Shown: positions 37,101-46,558 of the stretch, piece after piece
Layout of the letters: each line of letters starts with the position of its first letter
Position numbering within the stretch: the stretch's first letter is position 1
DNA from: Myxococcales bacterium
Lineage (GTDB): Bacteria > Myxococcota_A > Polyangia > Polyangiales > Polyangiaceae
DNA: 64,000 nucleotides
Direction: 5' to 3'
Assembly: GCA_043747615.1 (NCBI GenBank)
Contig: JAYTOU010000033.1
Span: forward strand, 1 to 64,000
Program-made: the position numbers and the translations under genes
Notes under the pieces: generated by a model
The model's input: the letters and a program-made list of their open reading frames with translations, nothing else
The model's database searches: none
Told to the model about the DNA's origin: nothing

Positions 37101-39631
37101 CTCGCGGCACGGCCGTGATCCAGGAACTCTTCGTCGTGCAGGCCGGCCATGCGCTCGTAGAGGTTGATCTTCTGGCGCGGAGTCGCGGCCACTGCCACCT
37201 GACGCTCGAGGATCTCGAGGAGCTCGCGGTACTGACCGTTTCGGTTGAAGATTCGATCGAGACCCTTCAGCGCGTTCAGGCTCGTTGGCTCGATCGCCAG
37301 CACCTCTTCGTAACGGCGCGTCGCCTGGGCGAGATCGTTCAGATCCTCGTAGACCTCGGCAACCTTCGACAGAGCCTGAGCCCGCTCGGGACCTCGCCGC
37401 GCCTCGGCGCGCGTCTCGAGGAGCTTCACCAGCGTCTGAAAATCTCCGCTTCGCTCCGCAAGGCGCGCGAGCGCGTCTCCGGCACGGGCGTGGCCAGGGT
37501 CCTCGGCGAGCACGGCTTCGTAGATTTTCTTTGCGCGCGCCGGATCGTTGAGGCGGGTCTCGAAGAGCTCTGCGGCCTCGGTCTTCAGATCACGGGCGCG
37601 GGGCGTCGTCGCCGCTGCGTCCGCACGTGCCTGGAGAATTCCCGCGAGCTCCGGCCACTGCTGGGCGCGGCGATAAATCACGGTGAGGCCTTCGTGAGCC
37701 CGATCGCTCGCCGGATCCGCGACCAGGATCTGCTGGTAGGCCATGAGGGCCATGTCGGCGCGGCCCAGCTTGCCGTCGTACCAGCGACCGGCATGCGAGA
37801 GGAGCACGCTGCGATCGGTCTGGGACAGGGTCTCGCTCTTCACGCCCTCGATGATCGACTCGAGCACTTCCGTCCAGTGCTTCGCGTTTTGCCCGCATAG
37901 GCGCTCGATCTCGCTCGAATACTCCTCGTTCGTCGGGGACTCGCACAGAGCCTGCGTGAAGGCGACGAGCGCCTGCTCCGGGTCTTCGAGCTCCGCTGCG
38001 TACAGCCGACCGATCTCGGCCATCACACGTCCGCGCTCTTCGCCCGGCAGCGCTGCCTGGCTCCGCGTGACGAGCATTTCAACGATGTCTTCGTACTTGC
38101 CGAGAGACTTTCGCACCTCCTCGAGGGCAATGGTGGCGATCTCGTCCGCTGGATCGAGCTCCACGATCTTCAGGTACATCGCCTCGGCCTGAGCCTTGTC
38201 CTTGAGAGCGTTGTCGAAGATGCGGCCGGCGCGGAAGTAGAGGGCTTTCTTGGTCTCTCGCTCGTCGCTGGTGTCGACTTCTAGGGCCGCCGCCGCTTTC
38301 GCGAACGCCTCTGCCACGCGCTTCGGGTCGGCTCCCTCGTCGACGGCCTTCTCCAGTGCGATCGCCGCCTCCGAATCGTCAGGGGCCGCGAGGAGCATTC
38401 CGAGCAGCGACTCCACTTTTTCGGCAGGAATTTTCGTCGTTCCGGGCTTGGTCGTGGCGATGCGATCCAGACGATCGAGCGTGCCGAGAAGTGCGCCGGC
38501 GTCCTTGGGGCGCTGCGCCGGATCCTTCTGAAGCATCGAGGCGATCCACTCGTCGATTTCTTTGGTGATCCAACCGCGTGGAGCCTTAGCGCTCGCGACC
38601 TCTGGCGTCGTTGCGAGGTGCGCGAACGCCGCGTCTGTCGGGTTCTCTACGGGGAAAACGGGCTTGCCGGAGAGGAGCTCGTAGAGCATCGCGCCGAACG
38701 CGTAGACGTCGGTGCGGGCGTCCGACGGGCGGCCACGTACTTGCTCGGGCGCGATCGTCTTCGGCGATCCGAACACCGCGAGGAAGCCGAAGCCCGCGCT
38801 CGTCGCCGCCAGGCGGGGGCGCAATCTGTCGCCACCGAAGTCGATCAGCACGACGCGCGTGGTGTCGGCGCCGTTTGGGGCTGCTGCTCCGCCCGCCGCG
38901 GCGGCCTTTGCGAGGAGCACGTGATCGAGCTTCAGATCGCCGTGCGCGAGCTGCGCCTTGTGGAGCGCTGCGAGCGGCTCGAGGATCCCTCGGATGATCG
39001 GCTTGAGCTCGTTGATGTGAGACGGACCGGTTCGCGCGAAACGGGCTGCAAGGGGCTGCGCGTCGATGTGCTCGTAGGCGACGTAGAACACGCCGTCACC
39101 GTCGCGTTTTCCGTGCGTGGCGGTCGATCCGAGATCGAGCTGTCCGGCGTCGATGCCTTGGGGAAGTCCCTCGTGCTTCACCGCAGCGACCAAGCGATTG
39201 GCGGTGAGGAAGCGATGCACGGCCCGGCGATCACGCGCCGCTTCGCGCCGGAGCGTCTTCAGCGTGTAGGGCTTTCCGTCTCTCTTCGCGAGGTAGACGA
39301 CGCCGAGGTCGCTCTGTCCGACCTTCCGCTCGACCGTGTACTCGCCGACGACCGTTCCCGCCGGAATGTCGTCGATGCCCAGGAGACCGCCAATATCGCG
39401 AACGCGCGGGTCGACTTCGTTTCGGGAGACGAGGATCACGTCGACCAGCGCCTCGATGCGATCGCCGTCGACGCAGCGCTCGGTGAGCGCCTTCGCGAAG
39501 CTGCCCTTCGCCGCGACGCCGCCGACGTCCTCGGGATCGAGTCCGAGGAGCGTCTTGCTCATGGCCGTCATCTCGTCGAGCGAGAAGAGTCGTTCGAGCT
39601 CACCGCGAAGAATTTCGATCGTGACCGTCAT
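34133..39631 (-). CDS. Giant protein: N-terminal EAD/death-like helical domain, Ser/Thr kinase-like domain, long TPR array, AgmK-like C-terminal domain
   Basis: LKTL, HGDLKLDH, IDFGG, IAPEQ, DVYAFG kinase motifs; many TPR-like repeats; C-terminal LAFVAGRHL..DLTADRAGFVLAHDL..FSVSEEY as in myxobacterial gliding TPR proteins. Confidence 0.85.
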   Translation of the reverse strand: MTVTIEILRGELERLFSLDEMTAMSKTLLGLDPEDVGGVAAKGSFAKALTERCVDGDRIEALVDVILVSRNEVDPRVRDIGGLLGIDDIPAGTVVGEYTVERKVGQSDLGVVYLAKRDGKPYTLKTLRREAARDRRAVHRFLTANRLVAAVKHEGLPQGIDAGQLDLGSTATHGKRDGDGVFYVAYEHIDAQPLAARFARTGPSHINELKPIIRGILEPLAALHKAQLAHGDLKLDHVLLAKAAAAGGAAAPNGADTTRVVLIDFGGDRLRPRLAATSAGFGFLAVFGSPKTIAPEQVRGRPSDARTDVYAFGAMLYELLSGKPVFPVENPTDAAFAHLATTPEVASAKAPRGWITKEIDEWIASMLQKDPAQRPKDAGALLGTLDRLDRIATTKPGTTKIPAEKVESLLGMLLAAPDDSEAAIALEKAVDEGADPKRVAEAFAKAAAALEVDTSDERETKKALYFRAGRIFDNALKDKAQAEAMYLKIVELDPADEIATIALEEVRKSLGKYEDIVEMLVTRSQAALPGEERGRVMAEIGRLYAAELEDPEQALVAFTQALCESPTNEEYSSEIERLCGQNAKHWTEVLESIIEGVKSETLSQTDRSVLLSHAGRWYDGKLGRADMALMAYQQILVADPASDRAHEGLTVIYRRAQQWPELAGILQARADAAATTPRARDLKTEAAELFETRLNDPARAKKIYEAVLAEDPGHARAGDALARLAERSGDFQTLVKLLETRAEARRGPERAQALSKVAEVYEDLNDLAQATRRYEEVLAIEPTSLNALKGLDRIFNRNGQYRELLEILERQVAVAATPRQKINLYERMAGLHDEEFLDHGRAASALEEILKIDPPNDNALTALARHYRALDNWEGLVKLYDKHATVTSDEPRRVELLVAKGRILAEQIGSPERAMRVYEQVLQLSSGHPGALEAMAHLKELSGDAHAALSAIEVLAGKAGTPEAKGEQWMRAARLLETRGDKDGAIERYKLALEANPRDTGASSALRQAFAVRGDSTSALALIERELSFAEGDLAKARLHAEMAKVYRDRLKDEPKASVAAKRALELDASNAEALSVLGDLAYNGGRFLEATKHYESLVNRATALDKDDAIRVLIRYVEAVGKSGGGSASPKVADSGPHSSSALGSPTSGGRISVAPSSIHAPNPRIAAAVEALQKLAPADGDALQRAARVVLEHGEAPMARKMYEEILAKHAKALGSSERAEALYGLGESARRAGDLDAAITPLQEAANADPSNPLPLRALAKIYDAKENWPEVLRTKKRRLDVASGAERFDLLIEIGDLYFHKMNDRSLASKTYVAALEERPDDRKLLTRLMQLYSEEKDWAKLVEVVLRLADFVEDPKQRAKYMHTAAIVSARQLGEIDQAIAFYDRAFEFDPTLVKALEEAIELRRTKGDHDGIERLLKVQLDQAKAAGDRVKLTQILDQLGALYQKFLNEPEMAIDAYEAAQAFDPEDRPRAELLAELYASDVTQYLEKAVKSQTQILKRNPYRVESYKLLRRLYTEAKRADAAWCLCQALTVLKLAEPDEERFYKRHRADNAAPAQAALSDDDWARLAHTDQDALVTKIFAMIQPTIIRTRTQALDAMGFDTRYAIDLSLHPYPVSQTLYYASGVLGMAPPLVFQNPNDPGGLGFLHAQTPSIVLGRAAFEQSRVSTPSLAFVAGRHLTYFRPGYYVRHLVPTGTGLKAWLFAAIKLSVPQFPVTADLQGQVGEAMAAMAHEFQGAQRERLASLVSKLLQAGGALDLKKWVASVDLTADRAGFVLAHDLQISTEVMRATEDAASVAAKERMKEIVLFSVSEEYFALREKLMVTIDS

Positions 39632-39747
39632 GGCGCGAACCTCGGAAAAATGTCGGCGAAAACCCGCACGACAGCATCACGCGCGGAGCACCGCTTTTAG
39701 CTCACCCGAGGCGCAAGAACGACGAGTTTTTCCGGAAATTTTTGTAT

Positions 39748-40404
39748 CTAGTGATGGTGGAGACGGTCGACGCCGGGGTACGAAGGGTCGCCCGGTTCGT
39801 GGCGCGGGTTCTCCGATTTCACGGTGCCGTCGCGGCCTGGGACCTGCAAAAGAAGATCCTTTTCGTAAATGAATTGCTCGCGCGAATCGTAAGGGACGGC
39901 GTGCACTCCAGTGTCCATCCGGATGGCGTCGCACGGGCACGCTTCGACGCAATAACCGCAGAAGATGCAACGGAGCTCGTCGATCACGAACTTCACCGGG
40001 AAGCGCTCGTAGCCGCGGCGCTCGTCGCCCACCGGGTACTCGCCCGCCTCGATGAAGATGCACTGCGCTGGGCAGGCCGTGGAGCAGCACAAACACGCCA
40101 CGCAGCGGGGATCTCCGTCTTCGCGCTGGGTGAGGCGGTGCAGCCCGCGGAATCGCTCGGGGTACGGACGTTTCTGCTCCGGATACGAGATCGTCGTGAT
40201 CCCCTCGTCGAAGCGCTCGGTCATCGGATCTGGCCTCTTGCCCCGGATCATCTCCTTCGTATTGCGGAAGAAGTGCTCCATCGATACGCCGAGCCCTTTG
40301 AAGATCTCCGGCAAGTACGCCTGGGTGACCGCGGTGCGCGGCGCGCCAACGACCGCGACGGCGTTCGTGGGTGAAGAAGCCTTTTTCGGAAATGCCGTAC
40401 CCAT
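39748..40404 (-). CDS. nuoI: NADH-quinone oxidoreductase subunit I
   Basis: YPEQ..RFRG.H, CVACLCCSTACP, CIFCGYCVEACP. Confidence 0.95.
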   Translation of the reverse strand: MGTAFPKKASSPTNAVAVVGAPRTAVTQAYLPEIFKGLGVSMEHFFRNTKEMIRGKRPDPMTERFDEGITTISYPEQKRPYPERFRGLHRLTQREDGDPRCVACLCCSTACPAQCIFIEAGEYPVGDERRGYERFPVKFVIDELRCIFCGYCVEACPCDAIRMDTGVHAVPYDSREQFIYEKDLLLQVPGRDGTVKSENPRHEPGDPSYPGVDRLHHH

Positions 40405-40419
40405 GTTCGTCTTACCTCG

Positions 40420-41787
40420 CTAGGCCTGCATCGGGGTGGTTTCGGTGCCGCCGGCATCCGTTGCGTACTTCCCGGCGCTTCCGAACGCGCTCGGTTTTCT
40501 CTTGGTGGTCGAGAAGAACCCGACGACTCCGCGAATGACGAACGTGGTGAGGACGAGCGCCACGAGCGCCTGGGAAACGTCGCCGGCGATCTTGAGACCG
40601 TTCGACAGCTCCAATCCGGCGTTGTCGATCGCGAGGTAGATCGTCCCCGTCGCGAAGATGTTGGCGAGCGACGCCGGCAGAAGCACCTTCCATCCGAGCT
40701 TCATCAGCTGGTCGTAACGGAAGCGCGGCAGGCTCCAGCGCACGAAGGCCTGGAACGAGCAGATCACCAGCGTCTTACCGAAGAAGACGAGGACGCCGAG
40801 GATCGACATCACGAGGTGAGGAATCGCCACGTGAATGATGCTCGTGGCGCCGAAGGCCACGGTGATCCCGTCGCGGTGGAAGAACGGAAGCTGCCAGCCG
40901 CCGAGGAAAATCGTGACCAAGAGCATCGAGCTCGTGACGACTTCCATGTACTCGGCGAAATAGAACATTCCGAACTTCATCCCCGAATACTCGGTGAAGT
41001 AGCCGGAAACGAGCTCGCTCTCCGCTTCCGGAAGATCGAACGGAATGCGCTTCGACTCGGCGACTGCCGCGGTGAAGAAGAGAAAGAAGGCCACCGGCTG
41101 GACGAAGATCCCCCAGGCGTTGTCTCCCTGCCAGCGCACCATGTCGTCGAGGCGGACGGTGCCGTAGATCATCATTGCGCCGATGAGCGACAGCCCCATT
41201 GCTACTTCGTAGCTCACCATCTGGCTTGCCGCGCGAAGGGCGCCCATCAGCGAAAATTTGTTGTCGCTGCTCCAGCCCGCGATGGCGGCGCCGACGATGC
41301 CTTGCCCAGCCAAGGCGAAGACGTACAGGACGCCGACGTTGAGGGGCGCGATGGCCATGCTCACCGGATAGAACCCCTCTCTCAGAGAGATGGGCGGCGC
41401 ACCGAAGCGCTCGACGAAGGCGTGGCTGCCTCCCGCGAAGAGTGCGCGCGGGTCGAGCGTGTCGCCCATCGGGATCACCGCGGCGAGGGCGATGACCGGC
41501 ATCATGGCCAGGATGGGAGCGAGGCTGAAAAGAAGCTTGTCCGCGTTCGGCGGCATGAAGTCCTCTTTGAAGAAGAACTTCACTCCGTCCGCGGCGGTGT
41601 GGAGGAGCCCAGCCAAGCGCAGCTCGAATTTTCCGATCTTGATGACCGCGCGGTTCGGGCCGATGCGGTCCTGGATCATCGCGCTCTGCCGGCGATCGAG
41701 CCAGGTGAGGACGCCGGCTACGTTGACCAAGAAGCCGATCATGAGGACGATCTTGAAGAGCGCCCAGAGAGCTTGGGAGAGGATCAT
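40420..41787 (-). CDS. nuoH: NADH-quinone oxidoreductase subunit H
   Basis: QDRIGPNR, ADGVK, RAASQMVSYE, PFDLPEAESELVSGY.TEYSG, PRFRYDQLM. Confidence 0.95.
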   Translation of the reverse strand: MILSQALWALFKIVLMIGFLVNVAGVLTWLDRRQSAMIQDRIGPNRAVIKIGKFELRLAGLLHTAADGVKFFFKEDFMPPNADKLLFSLAPILAMMPVIALAAVIPMGDTLDPRALFAGGSHAFVERFGAPPISLREGFYPVSMAIAPLNVGVLYVFALAGQGIVGAAIAGWSSDNKFSLMGALRAASQMVSYEVAMGLSLIGAMMIYGTVRLDDMVRWQGDNAWGIFVQPVAFFLFFTAAVAESKRIPFDLPEAESELVSGYFTEYSGMKFGMFYFAEYMEVVTSSMLLVTIFLGGWQLPFFHRDGITVAFGATSIIHVAIPHLVMSILGVLVFFGKTLVICSFQAFVRWSLPRFRYDQLMKLGWKVLLPASLANIFATGTIYLAIDNAGLELSNGLKIAGDVSQALVALVLTTFVIRGVVGFFSTTKRKPSAFGSAGKYATDAGGTETTPMQA

Positions 41788-41791
41788 CGTT

Positions 41792-43390
41792 TCATTCCGC
41801 CGGAGGCGCAGAGGCCTCGGTCGTGGTCTTTTCGGGGGGATTCAGCTTCGCGCGGATTTGTTTGAGCTTCGTCCAACCGGCGTCGAGACCGAGGGCCTGA
41901 CCGATTTCCGACAGCTGCTGCCAAGCCGGCCTCGACTCTCCCTGCGGTTCGAGAGCCTTTTCCGAGACTTGGTGGATACCCTTGTAGTTTACATACGTTC
42001 CGCTCGCCTCGGCCCACGACGCCGCGGGCAGGACGACCTGCGCGGCTTTGACCATCGGCCCTTCGTGCGACGAAACGGTGACCAGGGCCTTCACGGTCCG
42101 GAAGACGGCGAGGTCGGATTCGGCGTCGCTGCTCACGCCGCAGCCGAGTGCGATGCAGTGGGTGACGACGCCCTTCCCGATGTCCTGAAGTAGCTCGGCG
42201 AACGACTTCGCCTCGGGAACGAGCTCCTTCACGCCACGCGTGTTCGGGTTCTTGTCTTTGTGGATGAGGATCTTGTCTTCGTAGCCATCCGGCAGGCCCG
42301 AGACGTACGAGCTGCGCGTGGCGAAGAGCACGTTGCCCAGCTCGCGCAGAGCCCAGTTGTCCTCGAGCGAGTGCTGCGCCGAGTAGACAACGGCAATCGA
42401 TTCCTTGGGAACCCCTTCGAAGAGCCGCTTCGTTTCGGCGAGGGCCTTCGCCAAGGTGGCTGTTTTGCCGCCGACACGCGGCTCGACGACGCGCCCCTCG
42501 TGCGCACGCTTGTACGTCAGCATTCCTTCGTCGCACATCCAGAATTTATTGACCTGCTCGTTGTCTCGCGGGCGGTAGCGGTAGGCCTTGTTGAAGCGCG
42601 GATCGAAATCGAGGTGCGCGTTGCAGCCCGTCGCGCAGCCCTGACAAACGCTCTTCGCGCTGCGCAGGAACCACACCCGAGCCTTGAAGCGAAAGTCGGT
42701 GGTCGTCAGCGCGCCTACGGGGCAAACGTGCTCGGTCATGAACGTGTAGTGACCCTCGAGCACGCGGCCGGGGGCGACCATGATCTCGTTCAGGTTGCCT
42801 CGCTCGCGCATGTCGAGAACGGGATCCTCGGCGACCTCGGCCATGAAGCGAATGCAGCGCGTGCACATGACGCAGCGCTCAGCGTCGTAGACGATGGTCG
42901 GTCCGAAGACGACCCCCTTCGGCTTGTGAACCGGCTCGTCGCGCATCCGCTTTTGGAACTGCCCGTGCTCGAGCCAGTAATCTTGCAGTTTGCACTCACC
43001 GGACTGATCGCAGATTGGACAGTCGACCGGGTGATTGAGGAGGAGGAACTCCTGCACTCCCTTTCGCGCTTCGCGGACGTGCTGGCTGGTGTCCGCCAAG
43101 ATTTCTTGGCCTTCGACGGCGGCCATCTGGCACGAGGGCTGGAGCTTCGGCTTCTTCTTCGGGATGTAGTCGCCAACGCCAGCGTCCCACTCGAGGATGT
43201 CGAGCGTGAGCGCGGACTGGTTCGCGGGCGGTACGATCTCGACGAGGCACATGCGGCAGTTGGCCGGCGAGGAGAGCCCGGGATGCCAGCAGTAGTGGGG
43301 AATTTCGATGCCCTGGCGCCAGGCTGCCTTGATGATCGACTCCCCGGGCGTAAAGGGGATGGTGGTGCCGTCAAGCTTGAAGGTCGGCAT
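41792..43390 (-). CDS. nuoG: NADH-quinone oxidoreductase subunit G (short form)
   Basis: PHYCWHPGL..NCRMC, NHPVDCPICDQSGEC, RCVMCTRC, CPVGAL, CQGCATGC..CDEG. Confidence 0.9.
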   Translation of the reverse strand: MPTFKLDGTTIPFTPGESIIKAAWRQGIEIPHYCWHPGLSSPANCRMCLVEIVPPANQSALTLDILEWDAGVGDYIPKKKPKLQPSCQMAAVEGQEILADTSQHVREARKGVQEFLLLNHPVDCPICDQSGECKLQDYWLEHGQFQKRMRDEPVHKPKGVVFGPTIVYDAERCVMCTRCIRFMAEVAEDPVLDMRERGNLNEIMVAPGRVLEGHYTFMTEHVCPVGALTTTDFRFKARVWFLRSAKSVCQGCATGCNAHLDFDPRFNKAYRYRPRDNEQVNKFWMCDEGMLTYKRAHEGRVVEPRVGGKTATLAKALAETKRLFEGVPKESIAVVYSAQHSLEDNWALRELGNVLFATRSSYVSGLPDGYEDKILIHKDKNPNTRGVKELVPEAKSFAELLQDIGKGVVTHCIALGCGVSSDAESDLAVFRTVKALVTVSSHEGPMVKAAQVVLPAASWAEASGTYVNYKGIHQVSEKALEPQGESRPAWQQLSEIGQALGLDAGWTKLKQIRAKLNPPEKTTTEASAPPAE

Positions 43391-43429
43391 TAGAGAGATC
43401 CCTTGCAGTCTTTGCAGAGTACATGCATC

Positions 43430-44644
43430 TCAGTGGTCACACTCGCCACCGATCATGTTGAGCGATCCGAACGTGGGCACGATGTCGCTGAGCATCCGCC
43501 CGGTGATTAGCTTCGAGAGACCCGCGGTGACCGCGAAGCAGGGAGGACGAATGCGAACGCGGTACGGGGTGCCCGTTCCGTCGGACACCAGGTAAAAGCC
43601 TAGCTCGCCGTTGCCGGCTTCGGTGTACGAATAGACCTCGCCCTTGGGGACTTTCGCGCCTTCCATGATCAGCTTGAAGTGCTGAATGGTGCCTTCAATC
43701 GTGGTGTAAACATCGCCCTTCGGGGGAAGCATGACCCGCGGATCATCGACGTTGATCGGGCCTTCGTCGGGCATGCGATCAAGGCACTGCTCGATGATCC
43801 GGCGCGACTGCCGGACCTCGGCGAGGCGCACGAGGAAGCGGTCGAGGTTGTCTCCGTTCTTGCCGACGGGCACTTCGAAATCGACCTGGTCGTAGAAGAG
43901 GTAAGGCGCGGCTTTCCGAACGTCGTAGGCCACTCCCGCAGCGCGGAGGCACGGCCCCGTCCACGAAAGCTCGACGGCGTCCTTGCCGCTGATCTGCCCG
44001 ACGCCTTCCAGGCGATCGAGAAAGATACGGTTCTTGAGGAGGAGCTTCTCCCCTTCTTCCATGAGGGCGATGACCTTCGGCAGCGCGGCGCGGCAGTGAT
44101 CCTTGAGCGAAGCCGTGGGGGGAGCCGCCATTCCGCCGATGCGACCGAAGGAGTGAGTGAGGCGGGCGCCCGTCTCCTCTTCGAGAATGTCCCACACCAT
44201 TTCCCGCGCCTTGATCGACCACAGAAACACGGTGAAGGCACCGAGCTCCATGGCCATCGCGCACGTCGACGTGAGGTGGTCGGAGATGCGCGCGAGCTCT
44301 CCGAGAATCATGCGATACCACGCGCAGCGCTCGGGCACCGCGATCCCGCAAATCTTCTCGACGGCAAGTGCGTAGCCCACGTTGTTGAGCATGGGCGACA
44401 CGTAGTTCAAGCGGTCCGCGTACGGGAACACTTGCGCCCAGGTGCCGCGCTCGCACATCTTTTCAAAACCGCGGTGCAGGTAACCGATCTGCACGTCCGC
44501 GTTGACGATCGTTTCGCCGGAGAGCTCGAGGACGATCCGTACCGTGCCGTGCATCGCCGGGTGGGACGGCCCCATGTTCAAGTGCATCGGCTCGGCGGGG
44601 AGCTCGAGCTCACCGTCTTCGAGATCTAGATCGATGGGCTCCAT
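43430..44644 (-). CDS. nuoD: NADH-quinone oxidoreductase subunit D
   Basis: NMGPSHPAMHG, GYLHRGFEK, DRLNY, GELGFY, GGECDH. Confidence 0.96.
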   Translation of the reverse strand: MEPIDLDLEDGELELPAEPMHLNMGPSHPAMHGTVRIVLELSGETIVNADVQIGYLHRGFEKMCERGTWAQVFPYADRLNYVSPMLNNVGYALAVEKICGIAVPERCAWYRMILGELARISDHLTSTCAMAMELGAFTVFLWSIKAREMVWDILEEETGARLTHSFGRIGGMAAPPTASLKDHCRAALPKVIALMEEGEKLLLKNRIFLDRLEGVGQISGKDAVELSWTGPCLRAAGVAYDVRKAAPYLFYDQVDFEVPVGKNGDNLDRFLVRLAEVRQSRRIIEQCLDRMPDEGPINVDDPRVMLPPKGDVYTTIEGTIQHFKLIMEGAKVPKGEVYSYTEAGNGELGFYLVSDGTGTPYRVRIRPPCFAVTAGLSKLITGRMLSDIVPTFGSLNMIGGECDH

Positions 44645-45363
44645 CAGTTTGCTCCTGGCTTCGGGGCGGGTGTTCCATCCGGAAGCAGCCGGATCTTGAT
44701 GGCTTCCTCGGATGCGCGCGACGGCTCGCCGCGTTCGAGCTTCGTGCTGTCGGGCGCAAGCGGCGCGCCCCGGACGGTCCGATCGCCTTCTTTCCTCCAG
44801 TCGACGCGGCCCCAGCTCATGCCTTCGTCTTCGCGGAACGGCGGGAGCTTCTCGAGCGGAAGGCCCGCTTCTTCTTCCGTGCGGTACTCGACGAGAGGCT
44901 GCGTCCGCTGAGCGGGGTAATCCTTGAGCAGCGGATGCCCGACGAACTCCGGGTACATGAGGATGCGTCGAAGATCCGGATGCCCGCGAAAGGTGACGCC
45001 GGACATGTCGAAGACTTCACGCTCGAACCAGTTGGCCCCCGACCAGATCGAGGTGAGTGAGTCGAGCTCCGCGTTCTCCATGTCTTCGTCGCCGACGCGG
45101 GTCTTCACGCGAACGCGGTGACGGCGGGTCGTCGAGTAGAGGTGAAGAACGACCTCCATGCGCGGAGTGCGCGCCGGGTAGTCGACCCCGCAGAGATCGA
45201 TGAACATGTCGAAATCGAGCTGCGGATCGCGGCGGAGGAACTCACAGGCATCCTTCCACTTCGCGGGATCGATGACCGCGGTGTCGTCGCCGAAGTCGCT
45301 GTGGGTTTCGAGGACGGCCGCGCCGAACTTGGCGCTGAGCTTTTCGAGGACGGCCTTGCTCAT
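44644..45363 (-). CDS. nuoC: NADH-quinone oxidoreductase subunit C
   Basis: DLCGVDY, ANWFEREVFDM.G..F.GHPDLRRIL, GHPLLKDYP. Confidence 0.95.
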   Translation of the reverse strand: MSKAVLEKLSAKFGAAVLETHSDFGDDTAVIDPAKWKDACEFLRRDPQLDFDMFIDLCGVDYPARTPRMEVVLHLYSTTRRHRVRVKTRVGDEDMENAELDSLTSIWSGANWFEREVFDMSGVTFRGHPDLRRILMYPEFVGHPLLKDYPAQRTQPLVEYRTEEEAGLPLEKLPPFREDEGMSWGRVDWRKEGDRTVRGAPLAPDSTKLERGEPSRASEEAIKIRLLPDGTPAPKPGAN

Positions 45364-45980
45364 TCGTCGGCCTCTGTTTCTGCTGCCTCGCTGTTGATTT
45401 TGCGGTGGAGGGTCACGAGCTGCGCCGGGTCCTCGCGGGGCTTCACGATCGCCGGGGTTCGATTTCCCGTCGCGATCTTGTCCTGAAGGAGCATGAGCCC
45501 ATCGAGAACGGCTTCGGGACGCGGAGGGCAGCCCGGGACGTAGACATCGCAGCGGATGATTTTGTCGATGCCTGCGACCGTCGTGTAGTTGTCATAGAAC
45601 CCGCCGCTGCTCGCGCACGTGCCGAAGGCAAGGACCCACTTGGGATCCATCATCTGCTCGTAGATGCGGCGAAGGACGGGCGCTTGACGCTGGCTGATCG
45701 TGCCTACCACCCAAAGCAAGTCGGCCTGGCGTGGGGAGAACCGGGGGGCTTCGGCGCCAAAGCGAGCCACGTCGTAACGCGGGCTGGCGACGGCCATGAA
45801 CTCCATCCCGCAGCACGCGGTGACGAACGGGTACTGGAAGAGCGAATATTTTCGCGCCCAATTGAGAAGCGCGTCGAGGCGCGTCGTCCCGAACCCGGAC
45901 TCGTTTCCATCAAGCACTACCTGGCGATTACCTGCGGGCTGCCCGCTACCCTTCGATTCCATATTTTTCAGCTCTCCCAT
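45360..45980 (-). CDS. nuoB: NADH-quinone oxidoreductase subunit B
   Basis: TACCGMEFM, SPRQAD, GTCASSGG, PGCPPRPE. Start 45980 or 45962. Confidence 0.95.
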   Translation of the reverse strand: MGELKNMESKGSGQPAGNRQVVLDGNESGFGTTRLDALLNWARKYSLFQYPFVTACCGMEFMAVASPRYDVARFGAEAPRFSPRQADLLWVVGTISQRQAPVLRRIYEQMMDPKWVLAFGTCASSGGFYDNYTTVAGIDKIIRCDVYVPGCPPRPEAVLDGLMLLQDKIATGNRTPAIVKPREDPAQLVTLHRKINSEAAETEADE

Positions 45981-46333
45981 TCGAGAGCTCCTTTCCGCCA
46001 CACGTAGATCAAGGCCACGATGACCACGGCAAGGAAGCTGGCCATCTCGGCGAGCCCGGCCCACCCGAGCGAACGAAACTGAACGGCCCACGGATAGATG
46101 AAGACGGTTTCGATATCGAAGACAACGAAGAGAATGGCTGTGAGGTAGAACTTCACCGAGAGCTTCACGTGATTTCCGCCGGAGCTCTCGGAGCCGCACT
46201 CGAAGGGCATCATCTTCTCGGGTGTCGGGTTCTTTTTTCCTAGGGTGCTCGCCCCCAAGAAGAAAAGACCCGCCAGGATGCCCGCCGTGGCGATCATCAT
46301 GAACATCGGCATGTAGTTGTCGACTAGACCCAT
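45968..46333 (-). CDS. nuoA: NADH-quinone oxidoreductase subunit A
   Basis: PFECG, FYLTAILFVVFDIE..F.YPWA, YVWRKGALEW. Confidence 0.95.
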   Translation of the reverse strand: MGLVDNYMPMFMMIATAGILAGLFFLGASTLGKKNPTPEKMMPFECGSESSGGNHVKLSVKFYLTAILFVVFDIETVFIYPWAVQFRSLGWAGLAEMASFLAVVIVALIYVWRKGALEWES

Positions 46334-46558
46334 CGCGTGTTCCTGACCGTTCTTTACGAGGCGTTTCGACGGCGGACTGCCGGATCGAAATGCGCCCTAT
46401 TTAGCGGTAAAATCACGGCGATATGTAGTCGCGAACCGCCGTAGGTGTCAATGACTGGGCCGCGACGCGAAAAGGCCCTATCGATGCAAGGGAGGGGCGC
46501 CTCAGAGCCGCGCCAGCCCGCCCCAGGCCCGCCCCAGGCCCGCAAGGGGGGCAGCCGC

